Of a stretch of DNA of 64,000 nucleotides, positions 30,810 to 41,260 are shown piece by piece. The position numbers were made by a program, and so were the translations under genes. The notes beneath the pieces are model-generated. The model was not told the DNA's origin and ran no database searches. It worked only from the letters and a program-made list of their open reading frames with translations. Positions within the stretch are counted from its first letter, which is position 1. Every line of letters starts with the position of its first letter. Origin of the DNA: Nostoc sp. DedSLP01 (GTDB lineage Bacteria > Cyanobacteriota > Cyanobacteriia > Cyanobacteriales > Nostocaceae); NCBI GenBank assembly GCA_034530875.2, contig JAVRCJ020000002.1, forward strand, positions 32,001 through 96,000. Reading direction: 5' to 3'.

Positions 30810-30850
30810 GCAGCCATGCCTACGGCGGACTACGCCGTAGGCATGGCTGC
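30810..30850. repeat. 18-bp perfect inverted repeat built from SDR5-like arms
   Basis: GCAGCCATGCCTACGGCG-GACTA-CGCCGTAGGCATGGCTGC. Confidence 0.85.
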
Positions 30851-31175
30851 TTCAACTCAACTTCACCAGGTAAGGTAAAAGTAAAATTCTTCCATAGTTA
30901 GATGCTAAGCGAACCTGGGTAAAAAATAATTATTAAAATCCCAAGGCGCAAAAGTCATTAAAGGACTGTAACTGAGAAAGCCGATTTTTCCACTGCAACA
31001 AGCCAAGCAAAAAATACAACAAGAATGCCAGCGAGTCCAAGAGATTGGTACAAAGCTTTTAAATTAATTGAAAACTGATAGAAACCTACCTGACGATCCC
31101 CATAAAGTCTTAAAATACTGTTAATTTCTGCCACACTCCTCCACTTCAACTTATAAGTACCACCCCAAAATCACT

Positions 31176-32765
31176 ATGGCTATTGGCTATGTCGCGCTTG
31201 TACTCCATGCACATCTGCCCTTCGTTCGTCACCCAGAAAGTGACTATGTGCTGGAGGAGGAATGGCTCTATGAAGCCATCACAGAAACCTACATCCCGTT
31301 ATTGAAAGTATTTGAAGGCTTAAAACGAGACGGTATCGACTTTAAAATCACGATGAGTATGACACCACCTCTAGTGTCGATGCTTCGTGACCCGCTGTTG
31401 CAAGAACGCTATGACGCCCACTTAGCGAAATTAGAAGAACTTACAGAACTAGAAGTCGAGCATAATGCCCATAACGGGCATATTCGTTATTTAGCCGAAC
31501 ACTACGCCACTGAATTTAACGAAGCGCGTCAAATATGGGAACGCTACAACGGGGACTTGGTGACAGCCTTTAAGCAGTTCCAAGATACTAATAACCTAGA
31601 AATTATCACTTGCGGTGCTACCCACGGCTATTTGCCGTTAATGAAAATGTATCCGCAAGCAGTGTGGGCGCAAATTCAAGTAGCCTGCGAACACTATCAA
31701 GAAACTTTTGGACAAGCACCGAGAGGTATTTGGTTACCAGAATGCGCCTACTATGAAGGTGTAGAGCGAATGCTGGCAGATGCTGGTTTGCGCTACTTCC
31801 TTACCGACGGACATGGCATTCTTTACGCCCGCCCTCGCCCGCGCTTTGGTACTTATGCCCCGATTTTCACCGAAACAGGCGTTGCTGCCTTTGGTCGAGA
31901 TCATGAATCGTCTCAACAAGTCTGGTCTTCTGAGGTTGGCTATCCTGGGGCGGCAGAATATCGAGAATTTTACAAAGATTTGGGCTGGGAAGCAGAATAT
32001 GAATACATTAAGCCCTATATCATGCCCAACGGTCAAAGAAAAAATACGGGCATTAAATATCACAAAATTACTGGACGTGGTTTAGGACTCTCGGATAAGG
32101 CACTCTACGACCCTTACTGGGCACGGGAAAAAGCAGCCGAACATGCAGCTAACTTCATGTATAACCGAGAGCGGCAATCCGAGCATCTTTATGGTATAAT
32201 GCAGCGCCCGCCAATTATCGTTTCGCCTTATGACGCCGAGTTGTTTGGACATTGGTGGTATGAAGGGCCTTGGTTTATTGATTTTCTCTTCCGTAAGTCC
32301 TGGTACGACCAAGGAACTTATGCAATGACGCACTTGGCAGATTATTTGCGATCGCATCCCGTGCAACAAGTCTGTCGTCCTTCCCAGTCTAGTTGGGGTT
32401 TCAAAGGTTTCCACGAGTATTGGTTGAACGAAACAAACGCTTGGATTTATCCGCATTTGCACAAAGCCGCCGAGCGAATGATTGAAATATCCTACTTGGA
32501 ACCAGAGGATGAATTGCAGTGGCGAGCATTGAACCAAGCAGCGCGGGAATTGTTATTAGCACAATCTTCAGACTGGGCATTTATTATGCGCACTGGGACG
32601 ATGGTACCTTATGCAGTCAGACGGACGCGATCGCACCTGATGCGGTTTAATAAGCTCTACGAAGATGTGAAAGTTGGCAAAATTGACAGCGGTTGGCTCG
32701 AAAAAGTTGAGGTCATGGATAATATCTTCCCTAACGTCAACTATCGCGTCTACCGTCCGTTGTAG
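31176..32765 (+). CDS. Glycoside hydrolase family 57 (branching enzyme type, DUF1957)
   Basis: HAHLPFV, ETYIPLL, GIWLPECAY, PYDAELFGHWWYEG, AQSSDWAF. Confidence 0.93.
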   Translation: MAIGYVALVLHAHLPFVRHPESDYVLEEEWLYEAITETYIPLLKVFEGLKRDGIDFKITMSMTPPLVSMLRDPLLQERYDAHLAKLEELTELEVEHNAHNGHIRYLAEHYATEFNEARQIWERYNGDLVTAFKQFQDTNNLEIITCGATHGYLPLMKMYPQAVWAQIQVACEHYQETFGQAPRGIWLPECAYYEGVERMLADAGLRYFLTDGHGILYARPRPRFGTYAPIFTETGVAAFGRDHESSQQVWSSEVGYPGAAEYREFYKDLGWEAEYEYIKPYIMPNGQRKNTGIKYHKITGRGLGLSDKALYDPYWAREKAAEHAANFMYNRERQSEHLYGIMQRPPIIVSPYDAELFGHWWYEGPWFIDFLFRKSWYDQGTYAMTHLADYLRSHPVQQVCRPSQSSWGFKGFHEYWLNETNAWIYPHLHKAAERMIEISYLEPEDELQWRALNQAARELLLAQSSDWAFIMRTGTMVPYAVRRTRSHLMRFNKLYEDVKVGKIDSGWLEKVEVMDNIFPNVNYRVYRPL

Positions 32766-32815
32766 TAGTAGGGTGGGCAATGCCCACCTTATATTATTAG
32801 TAGTGAGGAGCGTTT

Positions 32816-33007
32816 ATTTTACCAACAACAGAGCAAGCCTTAGCCTGTGTAAGAGTTTGTCAAATGTTGTCAAATCTGTATAAAGATATCCGCTGATTTC
32901 GATTTGATGACAGAACCGAACAGGTTTATATCTTAGCTGGAGACGAACTCCAAATTATTGTATTGAGTAATGGTATCTGGGATTTTGTGAATGAACCCCA
33001 ATTATGA
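32816..33007 (+). pseudogene. DUF6888 family pseudogene (ATT at start position, internal TGA)
   Basis: GAGGAG RBS, then ATT-LPTTEQALACVRVCQMLSNLYKDIR*FRFDDRTEQVYILAGDELQIIVLSNGIWDF; TGA at 32894-32896. Confidence 0.78.
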
Positions 33008-33188
33008 ACAAATGACTTTTCAAGAATTGAGAGCTTATGTAGTGGGAAACCGCGAAGACATTGAAGCTCTACGTTTCTTGATGAGCAAACGTGACCCTAA
33101 TTCTCCTAAGTATCCTATCCCTTTAACAGAAGCTGATATGCAAGCCCAGATGGAAATCATCAGGCGCAAGATTAACGGACAACTTTGA
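32991..33188 (+). CDS. DUF6887 family protein
   Basis: PNYEQMTFQELRAYVVGNREDIEA. Confidence 0.8.
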   Translation: MNPNYEQMTFQELRAYVVGNREDIEALRFLMSKRDPNSPKYPIPLTEADMQAQMEIIRRKINGQL

Positions 33189-33280
33189 AATTATTGTCTA
33201 AGTTAATTAAGCAACAGTAGGGTGGGTGTTGTTTACCCACCCTAATTTTTTATCCACATTCTAGTAAGCTGCCTTTATTG

Positions 33281-33508
33281 CTATTGAGGCAGGTTGCGGC
33301 TGGTGTAAGCATCTATCGCATAAGCGGGAATGCGTTTTGTGTAGTCGATATCCAAACCAGTAATGGACTTAGCCAACTTTTCAAAAGACTCAGAACGCCA
33401 GTTACGCTCGTGGATAGGCTTGCTTTGTTCTCCTAAGAAATAAGCTAAAGAGCCTAAAACTGAAGCAGCTACCCAACCCACAACTACTAATGCTGTTACG
33501 ATAGTCAT
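33281..33508 (-). CDS. Single-TM small protein, Psb35-related family
   Basis: GWVAASVLGSLAYFLGEQSKPIHERNWRSESF; GAGG RBS. Confidence 0.65.
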   Translation of the reverse strand: MTIVTALVVVGWVAASVLGSLAYFLGEQSKPIHERNWRSESFEKLAKSITGLDIDYTKRIPAYAIDAYTSRNLPQ

Positions 33509-33530
33509 CTTTTAACCTCTTTTTTTAATT

Positions 33531-33558
33531 TTTGTAACTTTATGTAAATAAATGTAAC
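33531..33558 (-). promoter_or_regulatory. Triple HLR1 (RpaB-binding) repeat
   Basis: GTTACATT-TA-TTTACATA-AA-GTTACAAA equals (G/T)TTACA(T/A)(T/A)-N2 three times. Confidence 0.75.
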
Positions 33559-33784
33559 TTTATTGATATAAACTTTGCAATACATGCTTTTGGTGTGCTA
33601 GCCGTCAATAAAGGTTGGGTATTCCACACTGAACAGTGCTGAGTGATAATTATTGACGAATTTTGCTTTTGCACAGTTGTAGTTGTTGTGCTTGTTGCTC
33701 CCGTAGCAATCGGTGTTCTCAAGTAGTTATGTAAAAGCAACTCCTGACTGAAGAGTAGAACGGGAATAACGCCAAACTATTCTG

Positions 33785-34471
33785 TTAGAGGCTATCTGGA
33801 TCGATATTTAATTCTCGGAGTTTAGCAGCTAATCTTTGCGCTTTTTCTTCTGCCGCTTGTCTTACAGCTACTTCTTCTTCATGAGTTAGAAGTATTTGGT
33901 CTGTAGCTGGATTGTAAAAATGTAATTTTCCCTCTTCTAAACGTAACTCCAGCCCTAAAACTTCGCTGTGTAGGGATAGCGTACCATTTGATAAGTTATT
34001 AGTTGGCACTGGAAAATAATTGTTTTCGGTCAAGCGAAAACCTTGGAGCTGGGGATGAAGATAATCGCCTGTGGGGTCATATTGGAAATATTCACGCACT
34101 CCCAAAAAGGCGTAGATTCCTTTCTTTGGGCCTTGGTCTTTGCTACGAGTGGTTTTTGAGGTAATCTCTAGGACAAAATCTGGGGTTTGATTATTTTCTT
34201 CCCAGGTTTTGTAAGAACGTCTGTCACGTTTTTCTACTCCAAACACCACAAATACATCTGGTGCGACAACTGATTCTGGATAACCTTTTTCGTAATAAAT
34301 AAATAGATTACCAGCGACGTATACATCTGGGTGATTTTGAAAATAAATATCTAGTACAGTAGTAGCGTATACAAGATACTTACGCTGTAAATCACCTTCA
34401 GCCATTGGCTTACCATCCTCATCTGGATACTCAATCGGGGTAACGGGGATATACTCTATTGAAGTTGTCAT
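33785..34471 (-). CDS. Uma2 family (DUF820) endonuclease-like protein
   Basis: YPDEDGKPMAE, VAPDVFVVFGV, PDFVLEITS, GVREYFQYDP. Confidence 0.92.
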   Translation of the reverse strand: MTTSIEYIPVTPIEYPDEDGKPMAEGDLQRKYLVYATTVLDIYFQNHPDVYVAGNLFIYYEKGYPESVVAPDVFVVFGVEKRDRRSYKTWEENNQTPDFVLEITSKTTRSKDQGPKKGIYAFLGVREYFQYDPTGDYLHPQLQGFRLTENNYFPVPTNNLSNGTLSLHSEVLGLELRLEEGKLHFYNPATDQILLTHEEEVAVRQAAEEKAQRLAAKLRELNIDPDSL

Positions 34472-34574
34472 GGTCGGATACCTCAACTTAATTGGGGCTA
34501 GATTCAATAATATCGCTCAAAATCCTGTAGTGTTGACTAGTAGGCATGAAACCACTAAAAATACCAAATTCTCT

Positions 34575-35042
34575 TTAATCTTGACTTTTATCATCAGAAT
34601 CTTCTAACTCACATTCTGCAAGTAGATGATCGACACTTTCAGGAAATTCCCCATTCTCAACTTTTTTATTAAAAACTTGATAACAATCTTTTTTATCGCC
34701 TTCCTTCCGAGGAAAGCCTAACCAAAGAATAATAATAATTTTTTGTTTTTTAAATGCTCTAAAAAATAACCTATATCGTTCGGGTAATCCCATTTTTTTG
34801 AGACGTCCATACTTTTGCAAAGGTTTTTGCAAAGCAAAGTGACTAGCAAAAGGGTCTTGAGGAATTTTTTCTTTAATACCAACATTCAATGCTTTTAATA
34901 ATTTCACATCTGAATGTGTAATAAATTGTTCTTTAGGTAACTCACTTTTTAAAATCCGAACCCTATTACGCAATTCTACCCATTGTTCGTTAAACAATGG
35001 GTAGAAAAAAATCTGCCATTCATTACAAGTAAATGCAGCCAT
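34575..35042 (-). CDS. Type II TA toxin, YhaV family (RelE-like)
   Basis: WQIFFYPLF, KIPQDP, RYRLFFR..KIIIILW..RKEGDKKDCY. Confidence 0.82.
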   Translation of the reverse strand: MAAFTCNEWQIFFYPLFNEQWVELRNRVRILKSELPKEQFITHSDVKLLKALNVGIKEKIPQDPFASHFALQKPLQKYGRLKKMGLPERYRLFFRAFKKQKIIIILWLGFPRKEGDKKDCYQVFNKKVENGEFPESVDHLLAECELEDSDDKSQD

Positions 35043-35362
35043 TAATCTATAACTACATCAGCTAGTAAATCATCAATTTCATCACTCATTTCTTGGGTAT
35101 AAGGAACAAGCTTAGAAGGATTTTGCATCGCATCCTTCATCAAAAAGTCCAGAAATAGACTCATCATAATGCCCTCATCTTCATCAACTTCATCAACATT
35201 ATCAGTTTCTAATCTAAGCAAGAACGTGTTATCAGATAGCACTTCAATATGACCTGAAGCATTAGCTAAATGAGGATAGTCCTTAAAGAAGGCGCGAGGT
35301 AAGCGAAACCCATCTTGATTTCCTACCTTTGCATGAGTCACAGGATAACTTTTTCCAGCCAT
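35042..35362 (-). CDS. Cognate antitoxin, AbrB/PrlF-like
   Basis: AKVGNQDGFRLPR, FLDFLMKDA..P..LVPY; 1-nt overlap with the toxin. Confidence 0.78.
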   Translation of the reverse strand: MAGKSYPVTHAKVGNQDGFRLPRAFFKDYPHLANASGHIEVLSDNTFLLRLETDNVDEVDEDEGIMMSLFLDFLMKDAMQNPSKLVPYTQEMSDEIDDLLADVVID

Positions 35363-35418
35363 GAGCTAATTCCTAAGTAGGAAGATGTTCGGTATTCTAA
35401 TCTAATACCTAGATATCA

Positions 35419-35548
35419 TATAGAAATCATATTTGATTTGGTGAAAAAAATCAGTACACCCAAACAAGGTTTCTTTCCCACTCCCTACTCCCCATTCCCT
35501 ACTCCCTACCTACACAAATAATTTCAGTAATCAAACCGGATTCCTATA
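35419..35548 (-). mobile_element. MITE, uninterrupted copy of the 2521-2698 element
   Basis: Reverse complement matches 2521-2698 except for the 49-nt insert and a few substitutions. Confidence 0.85.
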
Positions 35549-35786
35549 GATTTAATATGAGAAGCCATATTTTTGTTATAACAAATGTTATGACTTACGA
35601 TTAAACCATAACAGATTCCACAAAAAGAGACTAAGAAGTTGATATAAAAATTTTTAATTAAGTATATATACTTTGAAAGCAAATTCCATATAAGGCTTGG
35701 AGTCTTATACAAAGGCTGAGAACTATAATATTAAAAAAGACAGGCAAGATGCCTGTCCTACCAGGAATGAATAATTCAGTAAGAAT

Positions 35787-36788
35787 TTAGAAATTCATCT
35801 CAGCAGCTTGGACTCTTTCAACCTGCTTCTTCTTCAGCACTAGCATAACTTGAGCCAGCATTACAAGAGCGATGAATGCAATTAACCCTTTGACTCTACC
35901 GGAGTCTTGGAGTACGATTTCTGCATCTTTTTGACCGAATCCACCAACGTTGGGGTTATTGGTCAAAGCATCACCAGCTTTAACTGCTTGTCCTTCGGCA
36001 ACAATCAATTCTGGGCCTGCGGGAACTGTATCAACCACAACATCACCAGATTCAGGTTGGATGCTTACCTGATATTTGACGTTACCATCTGCATCTTCCT
36101 CTTTGGCAATCTTGGTAATTGTGCCAGTAGCGGAAGCATTGTAAAGGTTGTTATTGCTCTTTTCGCCAGTGGGATAAACTTGTCCGCGTCCGCGATTACC
36201 ACCTACGTGAACTGAATATTTTCCGAAGTGGATGTTTTTGTCAGTTGCGGGGTTGGGAGAAAGAACTGGGAAGACGATTTCTTGGTACTGTTCGCCAGGT
36301 AACGGGCCGACAATGACGATATTTTCTTTGTCTTCGCTGTAGGGTTGGAAGTAAGTATCGCCGATTTCTTCTTGAAGTTCCTCAGAAATGCGTTCTGGTG
36401 GAGCAATCTTAAAGCCTTCGGGTAGCATCAGTACAGCACCGACGTTTAAGCCAGTTTTAGAACCATCGGCACCAACCTGCTGGACGCTGGTATCGTAAGG
36501 AATTTTCACCACAGCTTTGAACACAGTGTCAGGTAGCACTGATTGGGGAACTTCCACTTCTGTCGGCTTGGCTGCTAAATGACAGTTAGCACAAACAATC
36601 CGTCCGGTTGGTTCGCGGGGAGTTTCAGGATAGGTTTGCTGTGCCCAAAAGGGATAGGCAGCAGCAGATTGGGGAAGGGCAAGATCGCTAGTGAAGTAAA
36701 ATGTCACAGTGGCGATCGCTATGAGCAATGTTTTTACAATTGCTTTAGCACTGCGAGTTAACCTCGCTCTTACAGAAGCATTTCTCAT
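35787..36788 (-). CDS. petA: Apocytochrome f
   Basis: YPFWAQ, CANCH heme motif, [12 protein letters not shown]-terminal TM; ATG 36788 lies downstream of the STRR. Confidence 0.98.
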   Translation of the reverse strand: MRNASVRARLTRSAKAIVKTLLIAIATVTFYFTSDLALPQSAAAYPFWAQQTYPETPREPTGRIVCANCHLAAKPTEVEVPQSVLPDTVFKAVVKIPYDTSVQQVGADGSKTGLNVGAVLMLPEGFKIAPPERISEELQEEIGDTYFQPYSEDKENIVIVGPLPGEQYQEIVFPVLSPNPATDKNIHFGKYSVHVGGNRGRGQVYPTGEKSNNNLYNASATGTITKIAKEEDADGNVKYQVSIQPESGDVVVDTVPAGPELIVAEGQAVKAGDALTNNPNVGGFGQKDAEIVLQDSGRVKGLIAFIALVMLAQVMLVLKKKQVERVQAAEMNF

Positions 36789-36809
36789 CTCAATAAGGAC
36801 AATGATTGA

Positions 36810-36886
36810 ATTAGTCATTGGTCATTAGTCATTAGTCATTAGTCATTGGTCATTAGTTACAGGACTAAGGACAAATGGCTAAGGAC
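36810..36886. repeat. STRR array (GTCATTA/G)n between petC and petA
   Basis: At least six tandem heptamers. Confidence 0.85.
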
Positions 36887-36893
36887 AAAATTA

Positions 36894-37433
36894 TTAAGTC
36901 CACCAAGGTGCATCGCCGGTGCGGAAGTCGGTTTCAGTCCAAGGACTTAACACAATTTTGTCTTCTGATGTGTTGGCGTGGGCTAAAGCCAAAGACAGTG
37001 GTGCTGGGCCGCGAACAACTTTACCAGTTGAGTCATATTGAGAACCGTGACAAGGACACTTAAATTTGTTCTCAGCAACGTTCCAAGGTACAACACAACC
37101 TAAGTGGGTGCAGATAGCATTAATGCCATAATCTTTGATGGCTTCTTTGTTTTCTACCACAATATAGGTGGGGTCACCCTTGAGTCCTTGAACTAAAGTG
37201 CGATCGCCTGCATTACGGTTTTCGAGAAATTTGGCGAGACTAACATCGTTGCCCAATTCGTCTTTTGCCGTTGTTCCACCACCAGCACCACCGCTAGCTG
37301 GTGGAATAAAGTACTTGACAACGGGATACAATGCACCCAGAGCTACTCCAGTGACAGTCCCAAAAGTGAGCAGATTCATGAACTGACGACGCCCCATATC
37401 TGGCACGTCTGCTGATTCTGAAAATTGAGCCAT
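36894..37433 (-). CDS. petC: Cytochrome b6f Rieske iron-sulfur subunit
   Basis: RRQFMN Tat signal, [21 protein letters not shown]. Confidence 0.98.
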   Translation of the reverse strand: MAQFSESADVPDMGRRQFMNLLTFGTVTGVALGALYPVVKYFIPPASGGAGGGTTAKDELGNDVSLAKFLENRNAGDRTLVQGLKGDPTYIVVENKEAIKDYGINAICTHLGCVVPWNVAENKFKCPCHGSQYDSTGKVVRGPAPLSLALAHANTSEDKIVLSPWTETDFRTGDAPWWT

Positions 37434-37663
37434 AATCTACGCGCTCTTTCGTGTATTTTGTTAAGCATTTTGACAGGAGTACTTGTACTTGAGCAACTCT
37501 TGTCTAAGTTGAAATGTTAACGCTGACAACGATGCTATACTTCTGTGTTCCAAGATTTATTTAGCATCTTTTCTGTTAGCATTACATTTCTTTATATCCT
37601 TATCATACTGGAGTTACGGAACTTAACATCATAACTAAATGTAAAATCTGATTGAGAAAAGCT

Positions 37664-37972
37664 ATGACAGGACAGGAATTGCGTCAGCTGTTGGTTGAGA
37701 AGTGGGGATACTCTTACGATGTCCAGTTTCGCCGGGCACAAGGGAAGATATTCTTGCAAGTCATGTGGAAATATCTGGAGCAAGCTTCTTTTCCTTTAAC
37801 TGAGGCAGAGTACCAAGAACACCTTGATAGCATCGCTAATTATCTTCATGCTTTGGGTGGAACAGCACAAGTGCAAACATTTATCACCCAAACACGCGAT
37901 CGCCCCCGACTCGGTAAAGCTGTCAGCATTCCTCTAGATTTGGGCGAACGAGCTTCAGAATGGATCTTATAA
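37664..37972 (+). CDS. DUF3067 family protein
   Basis: KWGYSYDVQ..LQVMWKYLEQASFP..PRLGKAVSI. Confidence 0.88.
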   Translation: MTGQELRQLLVEKWGYSYDVQFRRAQGKIFLQVMWKYLEQASFPLTEAEYQEHLDSIANYLHALGGTAQVQTFITQTRDRPRLGKAVSIPLDLGERASEWIL

Positions 37973-38047
37973 CCTGTTATTCCTTGAGCATTAATTTCTC
38001 AGTTATTACATTTTTTTAGAGCAATTAAATTTCTTACCTAAAATGTG

Positions 38048-38383
38048 CTATAAAATTCTCTTGCCAAGGGGTACATCTCTATCTGGCTGAATTAACACAA
38101 CTTCTCCATCATCTAAAACTACTCCCAAAACCAAAACTTCCGAGATTAAATCTGCAATTTGGCGGGGTGGAAAGTTGGTAACAGCTAATATTAGTCTATC
38201 GATTAATACCGCTGGCTCATAAAGTTTAGTAATTTGGGCACTAGATTTTTTGATGCCCAAATCGCCAAAATCTATCCACAATTTATAAGCTGGCTTTTTA
38301 GCTTCAGGGAATTCTTCGATTTTGATGATTTTGCCAATACGAATTTCGACTTTTTCAAAATCATCAAAGCTAATTTTTGTCAT
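38048..38383 (-). CDS. csaA: CsaA-like tRNA-binding / export chaperone
   Basis: DFEKVEIRIG, KPAYKLWIDFG, KSSAQIT, NFPPRQIA..SEVLVLG. Confidence 0.9.
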   Translation of the reverse strand: MTKISFDDFEKVEIRIGKIIKIEEFPEAKKPAYKLWIDFGDLGIKKSSAQITKLYEPAVLIDRLILAVTNFPPRQIADLISEVLVLGVVLDDGEVVLIQPDRDVPLGKRIL

Positions 38384-38505
38384 TTTATTTCAAATTTTAG
38401 ATTGGCTCCCTACCTCAAACTAGGGAGTTGAATAAAGAATTTGAGATTGTTTACACATAAATTTTGTGAGTTTGCATTCTAATTTTTTAATTGAATCAGG
38501 TTATA

Positions 38506-39300
38506 TCATTTTCCGGTGAGCTTTACTAAACCAATGCCACCAAAATAAAGCCCTAAAACTGCTCCTGCTAAAAGACTTTGAGTCAGAGGATCGGTAGAAG
38601 GTGTGAGAATAGCTCCTAAAATCACTGCTCCCATAATCACGTAACGCCAACCAGAAACCATCTTCTCAGAGGAGACAATATTCAAGTTACCGAGTAGCAG
38701 TTGAATGATAGGAATTTGAAATGCTAAACCAGTGCTGAATAAAAGCAGCAGCACAAATTCAAAATATTTATCAATTGACCAAAGTTGCTCGACTACATCT
38801 GCTCCGTAGCTGATAAAAAATTTCAAAGCTGCGGGAATGAGAAGAAAATAAGCAAATACTAAACCTCCTGCAAATAAAACACTCGAACCTAAAACCACAG
38901 GCCCCAGCAAACGGCGTTCGCGGCGAGTCAGTCCGGGAAGTATAAACTGGATAATTTGATAAAGAATGAAAGGACTACAAAGCAGTAAACCTGTGTAAGC
39001 TGCAACTTTGAGGGAGACAAAGAAATATTCTCCAGGTGCAAGTTGAAGGAATTTTACTCCTTGTGCTGGAACTTCAAGTAGTTGGACAATCGGCTTAACG
39101 GCAAAGAAACAGCCGCTAATGCCTATTGCTACGGCAATCAGCGAATAGAAAATTCGCTGTCGTAACTCTTCTAGGTGGTCGAAAAGAGACATTTCGACTT
39201 CACCTGGCAACTCATCTAAAGGATCTGTTTCGGAGTTGCCATCAGTTTCTGAGTCAATATCAGGAAGATTTACAGTATCTACGTCTTGTGAAGGCGTCAT
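38506..39300 (-). CDS. tatC: Twin-arginine translocase subunit TatC
   Basis: [30 protein letters not shown]. Confidence 0.96.
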   Translation of the reverse strand: MTPSQDVDTVNLPDIDSETDGNSETDPLDELPGEVEMSLFDHLEELRQRIFYSLIAVAIGISGCFFAVKPIVQLLEVPAQGVKFLQLAPGEYFFVSLKVAAYTGLLLCSPFILYQIIQFILPGLTRRERRLLGPVVLGSSVLFAGGLVFAYFLLIPAALKFFISYGADVVEQLWSIDKYFEFVLLLLFSTGLAFQIPIIQLLLGNLNIVSSEKMVSGWRYVIMGAVILGAILTPSTDPLTQSLLAGAVLGLYFGGIGLVKLTGK

Positions 39301-39761
39301 GAGTTTGTTTCTAGGCAACATTTATAGCTGAGTGCTAAGTTAGGAGTAGAGACGCGATGAACCCAAGTCTTTCCAAGAGTTAGGAATGAGGAGTTAGGAG
39401 TTAGGAGTTAAGAATTATCTTTGTCTCCTTGTCCTTTTGTCTCCCCATCTCCCCATCTCCCTACTCAGCATTGTTAACTATTTTATCTGGGGAATGCAGC
39501 CACCAAGATATGTTTTTGAGTGCTATTGGTTTTTTTCCTGTTTTTTGGGGCTGCATCTGCATAAGTTAGTAGAAAGCCATCTTGTAGGCAATGCCTAACC
39601 TAAAATAGGGTGGAACCGATAATTTTATAAATTATGTCTCTGCGTCTAGTAAAACTAAGTAAACTAACACAACATCAACATAGAATACTCAGTTTTTTAA
39701 CTCCGGTTCATCAAGGTGGTATCTAAGTTTAGGGTAATCGGAAATTTTTAGCTGAGGTTTT

Positions 39762-39989
39762 ATGAACCGGACAATTTGCATTGGTCTGATGGCATTGCCT
39801 GTTTATTTATCCAATGCTCAACTAGGCAATGTTTGTAGTAACGTGTTAATTGTCAAAAACCATCTTCCTAGCATAGCTTTTCTCATGGTTGACAGTACAA
39901 ATGCTCAACTAGATATCTTACCGTGGCAAATATCGGCTAGAGATGACCAAACTGAAGATTGTCTTCGTACTGGTATTTGCAAGGATTAG
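39762..39989 (+). CDS. Small hypothetical, possibly secreted protein
   Basis: GAGG RBS, hydrophobic N-terminus, C-terminal DCLRTGIC. Confidence 0.55.
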   Translation: MNRTICIGLMALPVYLSNAQLGNVCSNVLIVKNHLPSIAFLMVDSTNAQLDILPWQISARDDQTEDCLRTGICKD

Positions 39990-40160
39990 TACAGCAGAAT
40001 TCAGAATGTGGGAAAGACCACTGTGCTAACAGAAGTCAAAGAGGATTTGGATTGTTATTTTGTTTTTTTCTGATGACTAATAATTGTTTGAGTGGAAAAA
40101 GACAACATCTATAAATGCTTATAAGAGAAAGATTACAGCAGTTTCATCATCAAAAAAACA

Positions 40161-41021
40161 ATGGTTGCAGTCAATTATCAAGGTACAGTTGTGATTACTG
40201 GAGCGTCAACAGGAATTGGTGAAGCCTGTGCTTTGCTTTTAGATAAGTTGGGATTTTCTGTTTTTGCTGGCGTGCGTCAAGATATTGATGCTCAAAGACT
40301 CCAAGAAAAAGCTTCGCCAAGATTGATGCCGATTTTTTTAGATGTTACTGATGCTGAATCCATCGCTTATGTAGTCGATCGCATCACAAATATAGTCGGT
40401 AATGTCGGAATTTTAGGTTTAGTAAACAATGCTGGAATTGCTGTCCCAGGCCCTTTAGAATTATTACCCATTGCTGAATTTCAAAACCAGATGAATGTTA
40501 ATGTCACCGGACAACTAGCAGTAACACAAGCATTTCTGGGTTTATTACGCCAAGGTCGCGGTCGAATTGTTAATATGGGTTCTATTTCTGGTATTAGTCC
40601 GACACCGTTTTTGGGTGCTTACAATGCTTCAAAGTTTGCTTTGGAAGCACTCACTGATGTCATGCGTATGGAATTAAAACCGTGGGGAATTTCAGTTTCA
40701 ATTATTGAACCTGGTTCTATCGCTACACCAATTTGGAATAAATCCCTGAATCAAGCTGAAACCGGACAAAATAGTTTACCAGAATCAGCACTAAATCTTT
40801 ACGGCCGGGCGATGAACATTGTACGTCAGAAAATGCAGGCGATCGCATCTAGAGGAATTTCTCCGGATATTGTCGCTCAAGCTGTTGTCCACGCGCTGAC
40901 TGCAAAGCAACCAAAGACACGCTATCTGATTGGGCAAGATGCCAAAATCCAAGCAGTGTTAAAGCATATTTTGCCCGATAAGCTCCACGACCAAATAATT
41001 TTATATTCGATGGGTTTATGA
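40161..41021 (+). CDS. Short-chain dehydrogenase/reductase
   Basis: TGASTGIG, NNAG, YNASK. Confidence 0.93.
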   Translation: MVAVNYQGTVVITGASTGIGEACALLLDKLGFSVFAGVRQDIDAQRLQEKASPRLMPIFLDVTDAESIAYVVDRITNIVGNVGILGLVNNAGIAVPGPLELLPIAEFQNQMNVNVTGQLAVTQAFLGLLRQGRGRIVNMGSISGISPTPFLGAYNASKFALEALTDVMRMELKPWGISVSIIEPGSIATPIWNKSLNQAETGQNSLPESALNLYGRAMNIVRQKMQAIASRGISPDIVAQAVVHALTAKQPKTRYLIGQDAKIQAVLKHILPDKLHDQIILYSMGL

Positions 41022-41115
41022 AGGCAGGAGGCAGAAGGCAGAAGGCAGAAGGTAAAACCCTCAACAGTAAAAGGTTTTGCTGCTTTGGATTTTACATTTA
41101 ATTATGTCTGTCTAC
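41018..41115. mobile_element. Dispersed MITE-like repeat with (GGCAGAA)n (inverted copy at 12500-12583)
   Basis: Sequence match to the reverse complement of 12500-12583. Confidence 0.75.
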
Positions 41116-41142
41116 TTAGCAATACTTTTGCGAGAAGTGCCA

Positions 41143-41260
41143 ATTTTAGCAACGCCTGGTGAGGATAACAATCATGGTATGGGATTTACAAACAGGCTGC
41201 TGGTTGCAAAGCTTATAAGGACATCAGTACTGGATAAAAGCGATCAATTTTAGTGCATAA
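41143..41260 (+). pseudogene. WD40-repeat relic
   Basis: ILATPGED / MVWDLQTGCWLQSL*GHQYWIKAINFSA* with a frameshift and stops. Confidence 0.65.

Noticed and set aside
32894..32896. In-frame TGA as selenocysteine or programmed readthrough
   Set aside because: No SECIS-like hairpin follows, the position is not an evident Cys site, and the start also looks degenerate; pseudogene is simpler.
36810..36886. Tandem repeats here and at 18562, 19860, 26690, 39380, 52640 as CRISPR arrays
   Set aside because: They are 7-9-nt tandem units without unique spacers, and there are no cas genes; typical Nostocales STRRs.
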